A DNA stretch of 64,000 nt from Blastocatellia bacterium (lineage in GTDB: Bacteria > Acidobacteriota > Blastocatellia > RBC074), in contig DASTMP010000173.1 of assembly GCA_035714085.1 (NCBI GenBank), positions 6,170-70,169 of the forward strand, read 5' to 3'. The notes beneath the pieces are model-generated. The model saw only the letters and a list, made by a program, of their open reading frames with translations. It had not been told where the DNA came from and searched no databases. Positions 20,039-30,337 of the stretch are shown here, one piece after another (the stretch's first letter is position 1; each line of letters opens with the position of its first letter). Made by a program: the position numbers and the translations under genes.

Positions 20039-20182
20039 TCAATCGTAGACTTGGGCTAAACGGATTAACACTTCCACGGTTGCGAGCGGAATTCCATATC
20101 CATTCGCTATTTCTTCAGGGCCGTCCCCTCGCTGCAACCATCCGAGAATCGCGTCACCAGTAATCCGAGTGTTCTTTATCAT
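20039..20182 (-). CDS. DUF433-like small protein (47 aa; antitoxin-like)
   Basis: It is below the ORF-track size cut-off. My translation is MIKNTRITGDAILGWLQRGDGPEEIANGYGIPLATVEVLIRLAQVYD. The pattern I..W...G...EEI...Y.L....V..AL.Y is typical of DUF433. Confidence 0.5.
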   Translation of the reverse strand: MIKNTRITGDAILGWLQRGDGPEEIANGYGIPLATVEVLIRLAQVYD

Positions 20183-20274
20183 CGGCAATCCTATCTGCTC
20201 ACCCGTCTGTATACTGAAACCCGTGAGCAGTCACGAGAAAAGCCCAATGCAGGGTGCCGGCAGCTTATTTTTTG

Positions 20275-20302
20275 TTGACTTCCCCTTAAACTTTTGTAAA
20301 AT
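20275..20302 (+). promoter_or_regulatory. Sigma-70-like promoter candidate for the NTPase gene (TTGACT-16 nt-TAAAAT)
   Basis: The -35 TTGACT is at 20275-20280 and the -10 TAAAAT at 20297-20302, with a T-rich tract upstream. It lies about 110 nt before ATG 20414. Confidence 0.45.
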
Positions 20303-20413
20303 CTGTAGCTGGTGAAAGTCGTTTGGGTGCCTCCCAAATCCCATTAGCCATCAATGCGTTCTACCACACAAGTGCCTTAAAGTCTTTAATGCCATAAACT
20401 CTATGGAGTTCTG

Positions 20414-22074
20414 ATGATAATCCCAAATGATAGAGTGAAGATTAACAATAAAAATAAAGCGGCAGACGACAAGTTCACGTTCCGTAGACATGATACTGTT
20501 GGCGCAGAAGCCGCCGAAGAGGACAGCCTATTTTTAGAGGCCTGCTTTACTGATATTGGTGACCTCAGCGCTCTTATTGATTGCGAAAGCCCAAAGAGAA
20601 TAATTCTTGGGAGGACTGGTGTAGGGAAGACTGCTCTTATTGACCAACTTGCTAAGGAGAGAGAGGTAATCAGGATTAGTCCTGAGAGTCTTTCATTCAA
20701 CTATCTTACTAATTCATCAACTCTACAGTTTTTTCTGGAGGCAGGAGTAAAACTCGATTTGTTTTTTAAGCTGTTATGGCGACATGTTTTACCGTCGAAT
20801 TGATAAAACGTAAGTACAAAATCAATGATGAGGTTGCAAAGAGATCTTTCCTCTCAAAGATCGAAGACATAATCACAAGAGATAAGAAAAAAGAACGGGC
20901 AGTAAATTACCTTAGGCAGTGGGGTGATAAGTTCTGGGAGCCAACAGAATACAGAATCAAGGAAATAACGAATAAAATAGAAACAGAACTTAAAGGCAGT
21001 GTACAAGCAAAGCTCGCTCCAGTCGAACTCGGTAGTTCCGGTGTTGCCAGGTTAAGCGAAGAGATAAAGAAAGACGTTGTTCAGCGAGGTCAGGCTGTTA
21101 TTAACGAGATTCAAATGAGAGAACTGACCGATGTCCTTGAATTTCTCAATGAAGATATATTCCATGACAGCAAGCAGCGTTTTTATATATGTATTGATAA
21201 ATTGGACGAAAATTGGATCGACGACAAATTCAGATACCTTCTAATCAGAAGCTTAATAGAAACAATCCGCGACTTTTTAAAAGTAAGGAATATCAAAATT
21301 ATAGCTGTGCTACGAACAGACTTAATTGAGCGGGTAATTCGTTATACACGCGACAGCGGTTTTCAAGAAGAAAAATATCGGTCTTTACAGCTTATATTGA
21401 AGTGGAGTCGGAACCAACTTAAAGAATTGCTGGATGCACGAGTTAACTATTTAGTTAAACAAAGGTATACCAACAAGCCAGTTGGGCTTAGTGATGTCCT
21501 CCCACGTAGCATTGATGGAGTTGAGGCAATACAGTATATGGTTGACAGGACTCTGATGAGGCCACGTGAACTGATAGAGTTCTTCAACGAGTGTATTGAG
21601 CACGCTGAGGGTTCGGCAGTGATCACAAAACAAGCGCTCCTTGATGCTGAGGAGCAATATTCAAAAAAGCGCCTTCGCAGTTTACAGGACGAGTGGGTTT
21701 CTGATTATCCATCATTGATCGACCTTGCCTTCATATTACGAAAGCAGCCAAAACAATTTAAGATAGGGGATCTCAAGATCGAGGAAATGGAAAATTTCTT
21801 GCTCAATTATGCCATAGATTATAGTGATAGATCTGATGCCCTTTCTCAACAGGCTAAAAATGTAGCGGAGGGAATTACATCTATAAAACACTTTCTGCCC
21901 ACGCTATTTCACATATTTTATAAGACTGGCCTTGTAGGATTAAAAACGGAATCTTATGAATCCATGCAATGGTCTTATAATGGACCTGAGGTGATAGTTA
22001 ACAACAGTATAAATGACGATACTAGCGTAAAAATACATCCTACCTTTTACAGAGTCCTAGGCATCAGACCATAA
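20414..22074 (+). pseudogene. P-loop NTPase (about 560 aa if repaired), disrupted by a 1-nt frameshift in a T4 run at 20787-20790
   Basis: ORF 20414-20803 carries the Walker A motif (GRTGVGKTAL). ORF 20776-22074, in the -1 frame, carries the Walker B-like motif (FYICIDKLDENW). The frames overlap only at 20770-20803. Adding one T restores ...LWRHVFTVELIK.... The region is strongly AT-rich relative to its flanks. Confidence 0.6.
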
Positions 22075-22114
22075 CAGTCAGGACCATAAAAAAGCAGTTC
22101 TTTGGGAATTGCCA

Positions 22115-22447
22115 TTACGCCATCCGCCGATTTTCAATCGCATATTCCACAACAATCGGATAGAAGCGCGACGCCTGCAATTTGTGTTGCGCCAGCATGC
22201 GCGGTACTTCTTCGCTCAGGATGAAGCCGGAAGTCAACGAATTGTGCGAGACGAGCACCACAGCGACGCTGCCGCGTTCGATGGCGTTGATGATTTCGGC
22301 GAACCAGTCATCGCCCCCAATAAGTTTGCGATCATTCCAGGTCTGCAGCAGCCCTTGCTTTTCTGCGATGCCGAGATGCTTGACCAACCGATCCTTCCAC
22401 GGTTCGTCAAGGTGGCTATAGCTGATGAAAACTGTCGGTACGCTCAT
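22115..22447 (-). CDS. TIR-domain protein, short (110 aa, probably C-terminally truncated)
   Basis: VFISYSHLDEPWKDRLVKHL...WNDRKLIGGDDWFAEIINAIERGSVAVVLVSHNSLTSGFILSEEV matches the TIR_2 (PF13676) pattern as I remember it, including the conserved Glu region. The ORF ends where full domains continue. Confidence 0.7.
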   Translation of the reverse strand: MSVPTVFISYSHLDEPWKDRLVKHLGIAEKQGLLQTWNDRKLIGGDDWFAEIINAIERGSVAVVLVSHNSLTSGFILSEEVPRMLAQHKLQASRFYPIVVEYAIENRRMA

Positions 22448-22516
22448 TGCTCATTCCTGAACTGGCTTGATTGCTGATCGGATCAGGGAATGACGGATGC
22501 CGCCAACCGGCCTGGC

Positions 22517-22939
22517 TTATTGTGAATCAAGGGATACGACCTCGAAGGAATCCTTCCCATTAATTTTGTAGACGTAGAAATCAGAGTCAAGTGTGAAGAT
22601 CCTCTTCAACCCAGTCACTTCGGCGAGAACTACAAGGGAAGCGTCGGCCAAATCCATTGGGGTATCCTGATACTGCTCCATCAATTCACGGACACGTCTC
22701 CACTCATCTTCTTCATGGGAGTGAAGAACTAATGCGCCTTTTTCCAGATACCGCCATAGGGCTAGCTGTCCCTTCCATCCGCGAAGTTCGCCGAGTAAGT
22801 ACATCGCCTCGGTAAAGCATGCCCATGAGGTGAGCATTGGGCCGCTAAGAAAATAGGTAGCGGAATGACATTTTCTGTGAGTTTCTTTGTCGGTCTTGTC
22901 AATGAGGGCGACAAGCGGGCCGGTGTCAACAAGTGTCAT
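22517..22939 (-). CDS. PIN-domain ribonuclease toxin (VapC-like)
   Basis: The protein starts MTLVDTGPLVALID. Acidic PIN residues are at D5, FTEAMY, DLADAS and LDSDF. ATG 22939 lies 7 nt after the upstream antitoxin stop. Confidence 0.75.
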   Translation of the reverse strand: MTLVDTGPLVALIDKTDKETHRKCHSATYFLSGPMLTSWACFTEAMYLLGELRGWKGQLALWRYLEKGALVLHSHEEDEWRRVRELMEQYQDTPMDLADASLVVLAEVTGLKRIFTLDSDFYVYKINGKDSFEVVSLDSQ

Positions 22940-22946
22940 GGGAGTA

Positions 22947-23246
22947 TCACGGGAGTTTAAGCCCCTGCTTTCTGAATTTCTCAATCAGCAACTGCCCAAA
23001 TAGCGTATGGCGGGGCTGAGCGGACGGATCAGGGTCAGGCGCGCTGCTGTCAATGACTCCTACAAGACCTTCTAAAAGCTCTGCGAGTGGACGTTCCTCT
23101 TGCGCTTTCCACTCTCCGTTTAATGGATGAAGCGGAACGAGCGCGGCGATTCTGGCAAGGTAATCGTCAATTGAGAGGTGCAACGCGTCAGCGATAGCCT
23201 GCAGCCTCATCGCCGTTTCCTCTCTGACTTCAATCTGTACTGTCAT
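22947..23246 (-). CDS. Putative antitoxin partner of the PIN toxin
   Basis: It is a small acidic protein (MTVQIEVREETAMRLQAIADALHLSIDDYLARI...) immediately upstream of the PIN gene. ATG 23246 has a GAGGGGG RBS. Confidence 0.5.
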   Translation of the reverse strand: MTVQIEVREETAMRLQAIADALHLSIDDYLARIAALVPLHPLNGEWKAQEERPLAELLEGLVGVIDSSAPDPDPSAQPRHTLFGQLLIEKFRKQGLKLP

Positions 23247-23369
23247 AAAATCCCCCTCTTTTAATTTAATAAGGATACCTCTCCGCATGTACATTCGGCA
23301 ACGCCAGGCGCTGGGGCGGACGGCAAACTTTGACTTCGTGTTTCGGGAGATGACGAGAAAGCGGCCAAC

Positions 23370-25007
23370 TCATCTGCGGTACTGAAACTTGTCGATGCCC
23401 AGGTTCTTGATTCGGAGGTCGAGCGTCGAAGGCGCAAGCCCCAGGGCGCGCGCCGCGCCGTTCGGGCCGGAGACTCGTCCGCGCGAGGCGCGCAGGGCGT
23501 ACTCAATCGCTTCGCGCTCCTGCGCCTGGAGTCTTTCATCCATATTTCCTATCAGATTGGCTTGCGGCAGCGTGTCGCGTTCGATGCGGAGGACGCCGCC
23601 GCGGGAGAGGATGGTCGCCCGCTCGATGACGTTTTCGAGTTCGCGCACATTGCCGGGCCAGTGGTGCGATTCGAGCAGCTTCATCGAGCGCCGGTCAATC
23701 CGGTCGATGGAGCGGCCGAAGCGGGCGCCGTGCTTGGCGGCGAAATGCGCAGCCAGCAGCGGAATGTCTTCGGGACGCTCACGCAACGGCGGCAGTCGCA
23801 GCGGGAAGACGTTCAACCGGTAATAGAGATCGCTTCGGAACCTCCCGGCGCGCACGTCTTCCATCAGGTCGCGATTGGTGGCGGCGACGATCCGGACGTC
23901 GACGTGAATGGGATCGCTCCCGCCGAGTCGCTCGAATTCGCGCTCCTGCAAGACGCGCAGTAACATCACCTGCAACTCCTGAGGCAACTCTCCGATCTCG
24001 TCCAGAAAAAGCGTGCCGCCATGCGCCTGTTCGAATCGCCCTTTGCGCCGTTCGATTGCGCCGGTGAACGCGCCGCGCTCGTGGCCGAAGAGTTCCGAAG
24101 CCAGCAGCGTTTCGGGGATGGAAGCGCAGTTGAACTTGACGAGGGGCCCCTTGGCGCGACGAGAACGCTGATGAATCGCCCGCGCGACCAACTCCTTGCC
24201 CGTGCCGGTTTCGCCGGCGATCAACACCGTCGCGTCGGTCGCGGCCACCTGCTCGACCGCTTCCAGCGCGCGTCGGAGCGACGGCGAATCCCCGACCATC
24301 TCCTCGAACTTCGTGATCCGGCTAAGCTGATCGCGCAGCGCGACGTTTTCAGCTTCCAGTTGATCTCGCAATCGGGCGATCTCTTCGTTGGCCAGAGCGT
24401 TGGCGACGGCCACGGCGATCGCGCGCGAAACGTCAATCAGAATCGCCATCTGCTCGGGCCTGAACGGGTCCGGCTTGATGCGTGAAAAAACCAGGACGCC
24501 GATTCCCTTCCCGCGCGCCTGCATTGGGATCGAGGTGTAGGCGCGAATCCCGACGGCGCCCAGCTTGAACTCGTGTGGAAACCACGCGTCTTTTTTCAGC
24601 AGATCATCGCAGATGTAGGGCTGAGCGGCTTTTTTGACTGCCTCTAGTTCGGAGCTTCCATATGGCATAAGCTTTTTTTCTGGAGTCGGGACGATGGGAG
24701 GAAGTGTTCCCCTCAGCCGCTGATGAACCTTATCCACGCCTTCATCTCCGCCACCAGGCATGTCCAAGATATGTAACGCCCAGGGCGCTCCTTGCCTGGC
24801 CTCAGGCGCAATGATGGCGACGGCGAAAAACGGCACTACGGGAACAAGCACCTTCGCCACCGCCGCAAGCACTCCTTCGAGCTCCCGCTCCGAATTGATC
24901 GCCTCCCAGGCCTGCAATACGAGCGAGGCGTCTTCGCTACGCTCGCCGGCCGGTTCGGCTCTCTCTGATCTTTCAACGAGCATCTTTGCGGAGTTCTTTA
25001 TCGCCAT
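23370..25007 (-). CDS. Sigma-54-dependent transcriptional activator (GAF sensor + AAA+ + Fis-type HTH)
   Basis: Motifs are [15 protein letters not shown] (Walker A), [13 protein letters not shown] (GAFTGA), FLDEIGEL (Walker B) and the C-terminal [24 protein letters not shown]. The N-terminal region of about 200 aa is GAF-like. Confidence 0.9.
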   Translation of the reverse strand: MAIKNSAKMLVERSERAEPAGERSEDASLVLQAWEAINSERELEGVLAAVAKVLVPVVPFFAVAIIAPEARQGAPWALHILDMPGGGDEGVDKVHQRLRGTLPPIVPTPEKKLMPYGSSELEAVKKAAQPYICDDLLKKDAWFPHEFKLGAVGIRAYTSIPMQARGKGIGVLVFSRIKPDPFRPEQMAILIDVSRAIAVAVANALANEEIARLRDQLEAENVALRDQLSRITKFEEMVGDSPSLRRALEAVEQVAATDATVLIAGETGTGKELVARAIHQRSRRAKGPLVKFNCASIPETLLASELFGHERGAFTGAIERRKGRFEQAHGGTLFLDEIGELPQELQVMLLRVLQEREFERLGGSDPIHVDVRIVAATNRDLMEDVRAGRFRSDLYYRLNVFPLRLPPLRERPEDIPLLAAHFAAKHGARFGRSIDRIDRRSMKLLESHHWPGNVRELENVIERATILSRGGVLRIERDTLPQANLIGNMDERLQAQEREAIEYALRASRGRVSGPNGAARALGLAPSTLDLRIKNLGIDKFQYRR

Positions 25008-25037
25008 GGTCGTCAGTATACGTAACCACGTCTTGAA

Positions 25038-25049
25038 TGTGAATTCACA
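25038..25049. promoter_or_regulatory. Perfect 12-bp palindrome TGTGAATTCACA (candidate enhancer/UAS for the adjacent sigma-54 activator), with a half-site TGTGAATA at 25056-25063
   Basis: This was read directly from the sequence. It lies about 90 bp upstream of the -24/-12 candidate, in the divergent intergenic region. Confidence 0.4.
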
Positions 25050-25135
25050 GAATCCTGTGAATATCGAGCCTCGTCAGATTTCCCATCACAACTTGAAACT
25101 CTTTGTTTACAATAGACGTAAGGTGAATGCGACAC

Positions 25136-25151
25136 TGGCGCCCATCTTGCC
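25136..25151 (+). promoter_or_regulatory. Sigma-54 (-24/-12) promoter candidate TGGCGC-N5-TTGC
   Basis: The sequence is ctGGcgcccatcttGCcg. GG at 25137-38 and GC at 25149-50 are separated by exactly 10 nt as in the consensus TGGCAC-N5-TTGC. It lies about 40 nt upstream of ATG 25190. Confidence 0.45.
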
Positions 25152-25189
25152 GAGCATATGTCGTGCAAACAATAATCAGAGGAACTAGA

Positions 25190-25720
25190 ATGCCATCTTC
25201 CGCAACTGAACGGCCCACAATTCGCGCAGTCAGGGCCGGCGATGGGCCAATCGTCCGAGACGTATGCGTGCAAATGCTTCTTGACGCGCCGGAAGCTTTC
25301 GCGGCGACGCTTGCTGAGGTTGAAGGCCGCAGCCCCGCGGAATGGATTCTATTTGTCGAACGCTGCGCCAGGGGGACGGATATGTCGGCGTTTCTTGCCG
25401 AAGACAGCTCTGGCGTGTGCGGCTTCGTCCGCGCGGACCTCAAGGATCCTCGCATTCCGCCCGGCACTGTGTTGGTTAGCCAGTTGTGGGCGGCCCCGCG
25501 CCAGCGTGGAAGGGGCTTGGGGCGCGAACTGATGAATGCTGTGACCAGGTGGGCCGAGGAACGTCAGGCCGCCAGCATCTCATTGGGCGTGGTTGAATCG
25601 AACCTTGAAGTCCAAAAGTTCTATGAGCGACTCGGTTATGCGGACATTGGAATTCGGGTCGCCTTACGATCGAACCCCACGGAGCAGGTGGTCGTAATGG
25701 CGAGGCGACTCGAATCTTAA
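25190..25720 (+). CDS. GNAT-family N-acetyltransferase
   Basis: [21 protein letters not shown] matches the acetyl-CoA motif A (Q/R-x-x-G-x-G/A), and ...FYERLGY follows. ATG 25190 is preferred over the ORF-track start 25127. Confidence 0.75.
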   Translation: MPSSATERPTIRAVRAGDGPIVRDVCVQMLLDAPEAFAATLAEVEGRSPAEWILFVERCARGTDMSAFLAEDSSGVCGFVRADLKDPRIPPGTVLVSQLWAAPRQRGRGLGRELMNAVTRWAEERQAASISLGVVESNLEVQKFYERLGYADIGIRVALRSNPTEQVVVMARRLES

Positions 25721-25766
25721 TCTTATTAGGCGCGAGCGAAGAAATGGTAAGGAGGTCTGGTTAGTC

Positions 25767-26945
25767 ATGAAAGCAATTAATTACCTGCCGTTGATAACCA
25801 AAAACAGTTTCCGCAATCGCCGTCGCAGCCTGTTGACGATCGGCAGTCTGATGGTGTCTTTGTGCCTGCTCGTAATGTTGATGGCGATGTACAAAGTGTT
25901 GTTCTACGGCTCCGAACAGACTCCGGCGCAGGCCGTGCGTATTATGATGCGCCATAAGGTTTCGCTCGCGCAGGCGTTGCCGCTTTCCTATGAAGGGAAG
26001 ATTCGACAGGTTCCGGGCGTGAAAGCGGTCTCGGTACGGCAGTGGTTCGGCGGGACCTATCGCGACGCGCGCGAAATGCGGAATTTCTTCCCGCGGTTCG
26101 CCGTCAGGCCCGCGGATTTATTCGAAGCCTATCCGGAGTACGTGATTCCGGAGGAACAGAAGCAGGCGTTCGCGCGAGAGCGCACGGGCTGCGTGGCGTC
26201 CAAACACCTGGCCGAAAAATTCGGCTGGCAAGTGGGCGAGCGCATCACGCTGGTGGGCGACATCTTTCCGACCACGCTCGAACTCAATCTGGTCGGCCTC
26301 TATGATGAGCCAAACAAGTTCGATGTGCTCTTCTTCAACTGGGATTATCTGCGCGACAGCCTGAAAGCGGCCGGGACGCTGGATCTGGACTTTACCTCGC
26401 AGTATCTGGTGTTGGCTGATAGTCCTGACAACGTGCCTCGCGTCATCAAAGCCATTGACGACATGTTCGACAACTCGCCCTTTCCGACGAAGACCGAATC
26501 GGAACAGGCGTTCGCGCTCAGCTTCGTCGGGTTTCTCGGCAATCTGAAAATGTTTCTGCTGGCGATCGGCGGCGCCGTAACGTTCACGATCCTGCTGGTT
26601 TCGGCCAACACGCTCTCGATGAGCGTCCGCGAGCGCATACGCGAGGTCGGCGTCCTTAAAACGTTGGGCTTCACGCCGGGAACGATCTTCGGAATCCTGC
26701 TCGGAGAAGGAGCGATGATCGCGATCGTCGGCGGCGTTCTGGGCTGCGCGCTGGCGGAAGGATTTTGCGTGATGCTTCGCAGCGCGCCGATTCCGATCCA
26801 GCAAATCCGGGTCATGAACGTGACGCCGTTGATCTTCATGATCAGCCTCCTTATCTCGCTGTTGGTCGGATTGATCAGCGCGATGGTTCCGGCGGCCGGG
26901 GCGGCGCGGCGGCCGATTCTCGATTCTTTACGCCACACTGGATGA
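25767..26945 (+). CDS. ABC transporter permease, FtsX/MacB-type
   Basis: It has an N-terminal TM, a large periplasmic domain and a C-terminal FtsX 3-TM bundle ([26 protein letters not shown]). The RBS is AAGGAGG. Confidence 0.8.
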   Translation: MKAINYLPLITKNSFRNRRRSLLTIGSLMVSLCLLVMLMAMYKVLFYGSEQTPAQAVRIMMRHKVSLAQALPLSYEGKIRQVPGVKAVSVRQWFGGTYRDAREMRNFFPRFAVRPADLFEAYPEYVIPEEQKQAFARERTGCVASKHLAEKFGWQVGERITLVGDIFPTTLELNLVGLYDEPNKFDVLFFNWDYLRDSLKAAGTLDLDFTSQYLVLADSPDNVPRVIKAIDDMFDNSPFPTKTESEQAFALSFVGFLGNLKMFLLAIGGAVTFTILLVSANTLSMSVRERIREVGVLKTLGFTPGTIFGILLGEGAMIAIVGGVLGCALAEGFCVMLRSAPIPIQQIRVMNVTPLIFMISLLISLLVGLISAMVPAAGAARRPILDSLRHTG

Positions 26946-26949
26946 TTTT

Positions 26950-28116
26950 ATGGCGATACCAATTGCTTACAACCTGCGCAACCTCGTCGTGCGCAAAACT
27001 ACAACTGTCATGACCGCCGTCGGCATCGGGCTGACCGTCGCCGTGCTGGTCGCCGATATGGCGCTGGTCGAAGGACTGCGGACGGCATTCAAGGCGACGG
27101 GAAATCCGCTGCAACTCGTGGTCATGAGAAAAGGATCGAACGCCGAGCTGAACAGCACGGTGACGCGCGAAGCTTTTCAGATAATGAAGGTGGAACCTCG
27201 TATCGCCGTAAACGACGCGCGCGAACCGATGGCCTCGCCGGAAATACTGACTGTCGTCAACCTGCCTAACGTCGACAGCCCGACCGGCATGAATCTCACG
27301 GTGCGCGCGCTATCGCAGGTCGGCGTCGAGATGCGCGGCGCGAAGATTCAGCCCGGCGGGCGATGGTTCCAATCCGGGCAGCGCGAAATCGTCGTCGGCA
27401 AATCTGTGGCCAAGCGTTATCCGAACGCGCAGCCCGGCAAGCGAGTGCGCTTCGGGCGCGGCGAGTGGGAAGTCGTCGGCGTCTTTGACGCAGGAGATTC
27501 GGCCTTCAACAGCGAAATCTGGGGCGAGTTGAATCAGATCGGCCCCGATTTCAACCGGCAGGACACGGTCAACTCGGTCCTGGTTCGCGCCACCGACTCG
27601 GCGTCGCTTCAGGCGCTGAAAAATTCGCTCAACGACGACCGGCGCCTCGGCGTCGACGCCATGGCGGAGCGCGAGTATTACGATCAGCAGACGTCGTCGG
27701 GCGCGCCGCTTCAAATCTTCGGACTTCTGGTGGCGGTGATCATGGCCGTCGGCAGCAGTTTCGCCGCGATGAACACGATGTACGCCGCCGTCGCCCGCCG
27801 GGCGAAAGAAATCGGCACGCTGCGCGTGCTCGGCTTTTCGCGCGGCAGCATTATGCTCAGCTTCCTGATCGAATCGCTGCTGCTCGCGTTAATCGGCGGC
27901 GTCCTCGGATGCCTCTTGGCGTTGCCGATCAACGGCGTGACGACGGGCGTCGGCAGCTTCGCCACTTTCAGTGAAATCGCCTTCGACTTTCGCGTCAGCC
28001 CGGGCGGCATGCTCGCCGGGATTATTTTCGCGCTCGTCGTGGGCGCCATCGGCGGGCTCTTTCCTGCAGGCAGCGCGGCTCGCAAGGAGATTCTGACCGC
28101 GCTGCGAGAGATTTAA
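26950..28116 (+). CDS. ABC transporter permease, FtsX/MacB-type (second copy)
   Basis: The architecture is the same as the first copy ([27 protein letters not shown]). It starts 4 nt after the previous stop. Confidence 0.8.
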   Translation: MAIPIAYNLRNLVVRKTTTVMTAVGIGLTVAVLVADMALVEGLRTAFKATGNPLQLVVMRKGSNAELNSTVTREAFQIMKVEPRIAVNDAREPMASPEILTVVNLPNVDSPTGMNLTVRALSQVGVEMRGAKIQPGGRWFQSGQREIVVGKSVAKRYPNAQPGKRVRFGRGEWEVVGVFDAGDSAFNSEIWGELNQIGPDFNRQDTVNSVLVRATDSASLQALKNSLNDDRRLGVDAMAEREYYDQQTSSGAPLQIFGLLVAVIMAVGSSFAAMNTMYAAVARRAKEIGTLRVLGFSRGSIMLSFLIESLLLALIGGVLGCLLALPINGVTTGVGSFATFSEIAFDFRVSPGGMLAGIIFALVVGAIGGLFPAGSAARKEILTALREI

Positions 28117-28122
28117 CGAGAT

Positions 28123-29505
28123 ATGCCAATCAGCAATCAACAAGACGCAATGGACGCGGAGATCAAAAACCTGCGCATTGATCGTTCCGCGAAACAGAAA
28201 AACGGATCCGGCCGCGGTCTCCTGCGCTGGATCCTGGTCAGTTTCGGCCTGTCGGTTTTGCTTGGAGTCGCTTTTGTCATTTACGGCAGGCTCAATGCGG
28301 CGGTCGAAGTCGATACCGTCCGCGTGCGAACCGCTTCGACTTCGTCTCCGGGCGCTCCGGCCGGCGCGACGATCCTGAACGCCACCGGCTACATCGTTAC
28401 AGCGCACAAGATCGAACTGGCTTCCAAGGTCTCAGGCCGCGTCGCATGGATCGGCGTCGAGAAGGGCGACAAGGTGAAAAAGGGACAGGTGCTGGTCAGG
28501 TTGGAGGATGAAGAGTTTCGCGCGCGGGTGACCGAGGCCCAGGGCCAATTGAATTCGCTCAAGGCGCGGCTGGCCGCGCTCGAAAACGGCTCGCGCCCCG
28601 AAGAAACCGCTCGCAGCCAGGCAGATCTGGAACAGGTGCGCGCCGATCTGGAGAACGCCCGCGTGACGCTCAACCGCACGCGATCGCTGGTCGAGCATGG
28701 CGTGATGTCGAGGCAGACGCTCGACGACGCGCAGGCGCGTTACGACGCGCAGGTCGCCAAATACGCGTCGTATGAAAAGACCAATGCGCTGGTCCGCATC
28801 GGCCCTCGCCGAGAAGACATTGACGCTGCGAACGCGCAGGTCAAACAGGCCGAAGGCACGCTCGCCTTCGCGCAATCGCAACTTGACAACACCGTAATCA
28901 CCGCGCCGATCTCAGGCGCCATACTGGAGCGCAACGTCGAACGCGCCGAATTCGTCACGACGGGTTTTGTCAGCGACCGGGGCGCGAAAGGTTACGTTGT
29001 CTCGATGGCCGATCTCAACGACCTTCAGGTGGAGTTGGATATCAATCAGAACGATTTCGCCAAACTTGGGCCGCGCCAACCGGCCATCATCACGACCGAC
29101 GCCTATCCGGATCGCAAATACCAGGGCGAGATCATCGAAATTTCTCCCGAAGCGAACCGGCAAAAAGCGACCGTCCAGGTAAAGGTGAAAGTTCTCAAGC
29201 CCGACGAATATCTGCGCCCGGAGATGAACGCCAGCGTCGCTTTTTATACGCCGGAAAAACCCGGCGAAAAGGGGGCGAATCAAGCTTCGGCGGCGAAACC
29301 GCTGATCACGATTCCCTCCTCCGCCGTGCGCGACGGCGCGGTCTTCATGGTCGTTGACGGAAGAGCCGTCCGCCGCCAGGTACAGGTATCAGGAACATCG
29401 CAACAGGGCGCGACGATTTCAAACGGACTGATCGGCGGCGAGGATTTGATCGTCAATCCCCCCGCCGATTTGAAAGACGGGCAGAAAGTGCGCCCGAAGT
29501 CATAG
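28123..29505 (+). CDS. Periplasmic adaptor (HlyD/MFP family) of the efflux system
   Basis: It has an N-terminal TM, a lipoyl-like segment ([14 protein letters not shown]), a long coiled coil and a beta-barrel C-terminus ([14 protein letters not shown]). Confidence 0.8.
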   Translation: MPISNQQDAMDAEIKNLRIDRSAKQKNGSGRGLLRWILVSFGLSVLLGVAFVIYGRLNAAVEVDTVRVRTASTSSPGAPAGATILNATGYIVTAHKIELASKVSGRVAWIGVEKGDKVKKGQVLVRLEDEEFRARVTEAQGQLNSLKARLAALENGSRPEETARSQADLEQVRADLENARVTLNRTRSLVEHGVMSRQTLDDAQARYDAQVAKYASYEKTNALVRIGPRREDIDAANAQVKQAEGTLAFAQSQLDNTVITAPISGAILERNVERAEFVTTGFVSDRGAKGYVVSMADLNDLQVELDINQNDFAKLGPRQPAIITTDAYPDRKYQGEIIEISPEANRQKATVQVKVKVLKPDEYLRPEMNASVAFYTPEKPGEKGANQASAAKPLITIPSSAVRDGAVFMVVDGRAVRRQVQVSGTSQQGATISNGLIGGEDLIVNPPADLKDGQKVRPKS

Positions 29506-29606
29506 CTTCAGAGACACAGATAAGGTAGGGGTAAAAGAGCATCTTTATTGTTTTCCCTCCGTGGCTCTGTGGCTGGTTCAGTTTTCTTGAAGGAAGAGCA
29601 AAAGTC

Positions 29607-30323
29607 ATGGCCGAAACAGTTATCGAAACCCAACAGCTTTCCAAGGAATTCGTCCGCGATGACTTTCACGTCGTCGCGCTGAAAAACGTGGACCTTGCCA
29701 TTCATCGCGGCGAGTTCGTCGCGCTGATGGGCCCGTCCGGTTCAGGTAAATCCACGCTGCTGCACTTGATCGCCGCGATGGATCGTCCGACCGACGGCAA
29801 GATTTTCGTGCTCGGGGAAGACCTGCGCAGCTTGAGCGACAGCGAGATGGCGCATTGGAGAAATCAGCACATCGGATTCATCTTTCAATCCTTCAACCTG
29901 ATCCCGGTGATGACCGCGCTGGAGAACGTCGAACTGCCGTTGAAGCTGACCAATTTAAAGAAGCGCGAGCGCGTGGAGCACGCGACGACGGCGTTGAACC
30001 TGGTCGGGCTGGGTGATCGATTGAACCATCTGCCGCGCCAACTCTCCGGCGGGCAGGAGCAGCGGGTCGCAATCGCCCGCGCCATCGTCACCGATCCCGA
30101 TCTGATCCTGGCCGATGAGCCGACCGGCAACCTCGACGCGGCTTCGGCGCAGGAAGCGTTGACGCTGCTCGAAAAACTCAACCGCGATTACAACAAGACC
30201 ATCATCATGGTCACACACGATCCGAACGCGGCGAGTTACGCGACCATAGTACGGCAACTCGATAAAGGGACTTTGCTGACTGACGGGCGAGAGTCCTTCC
30301 AGACTTCGGTGAAACGTGGCTGA
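29607..30323 (+). CDS. ABC transporter ATP-binding protein (MacB/LolD-like)
   Basis: Motifs are [11 protein letters not shown] (Walker A), [14 protein letters not shown] (signature) and [11 protein letters not shown] (Walker B). Confidence 0.9.
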   Translation: MAETVIETQQLSKEFVRDDFHVVALKNVDLAIHRGEFVALMGPSGSGKSTLLHLIAAMDRPTDGKIFVLGEDLRSLSDSEMAHWRNQHIGFIFQSFNLIPVMTALENVELPLKLTNLKKRERVEHATTALNLVGLGDRLNHLPRQLSGGQEQRVAIARAIVTDPDLILADEPTGNLDAASAQEALTLLEKLNRDYNKTIIMVTHDPNAASYATIVRQLDKGTLLTDGRESFQTSVKRG

Positions 30324-30337
30324 GAAAGAGAATTAGC

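Noticed and set aside
20759-20803. Programmed -1 ribosomal frameshift joining the two NTPase ORFs
   Set aside because: The T6 run at 20762-20767 is not in an X XXY YYZ register, and the -1 frame hits TAA at 20767-20769. The only workable site is a plain T4 run with no obvious downstream pseudoknot. A mutation or a homopolymer sequencing error is more parsimonious.
19571-23369. Mobile element (transposon, integrative element or prophage remnant) boundaries for the accessory islet
   Set aside because: No transposase, integrase or recombinase ORF is present, and I found no terminal inverted repeats or direct repeats at the GC-content breaks (about 20200 and about 22100). It is therefore reported only as a compositional islet.
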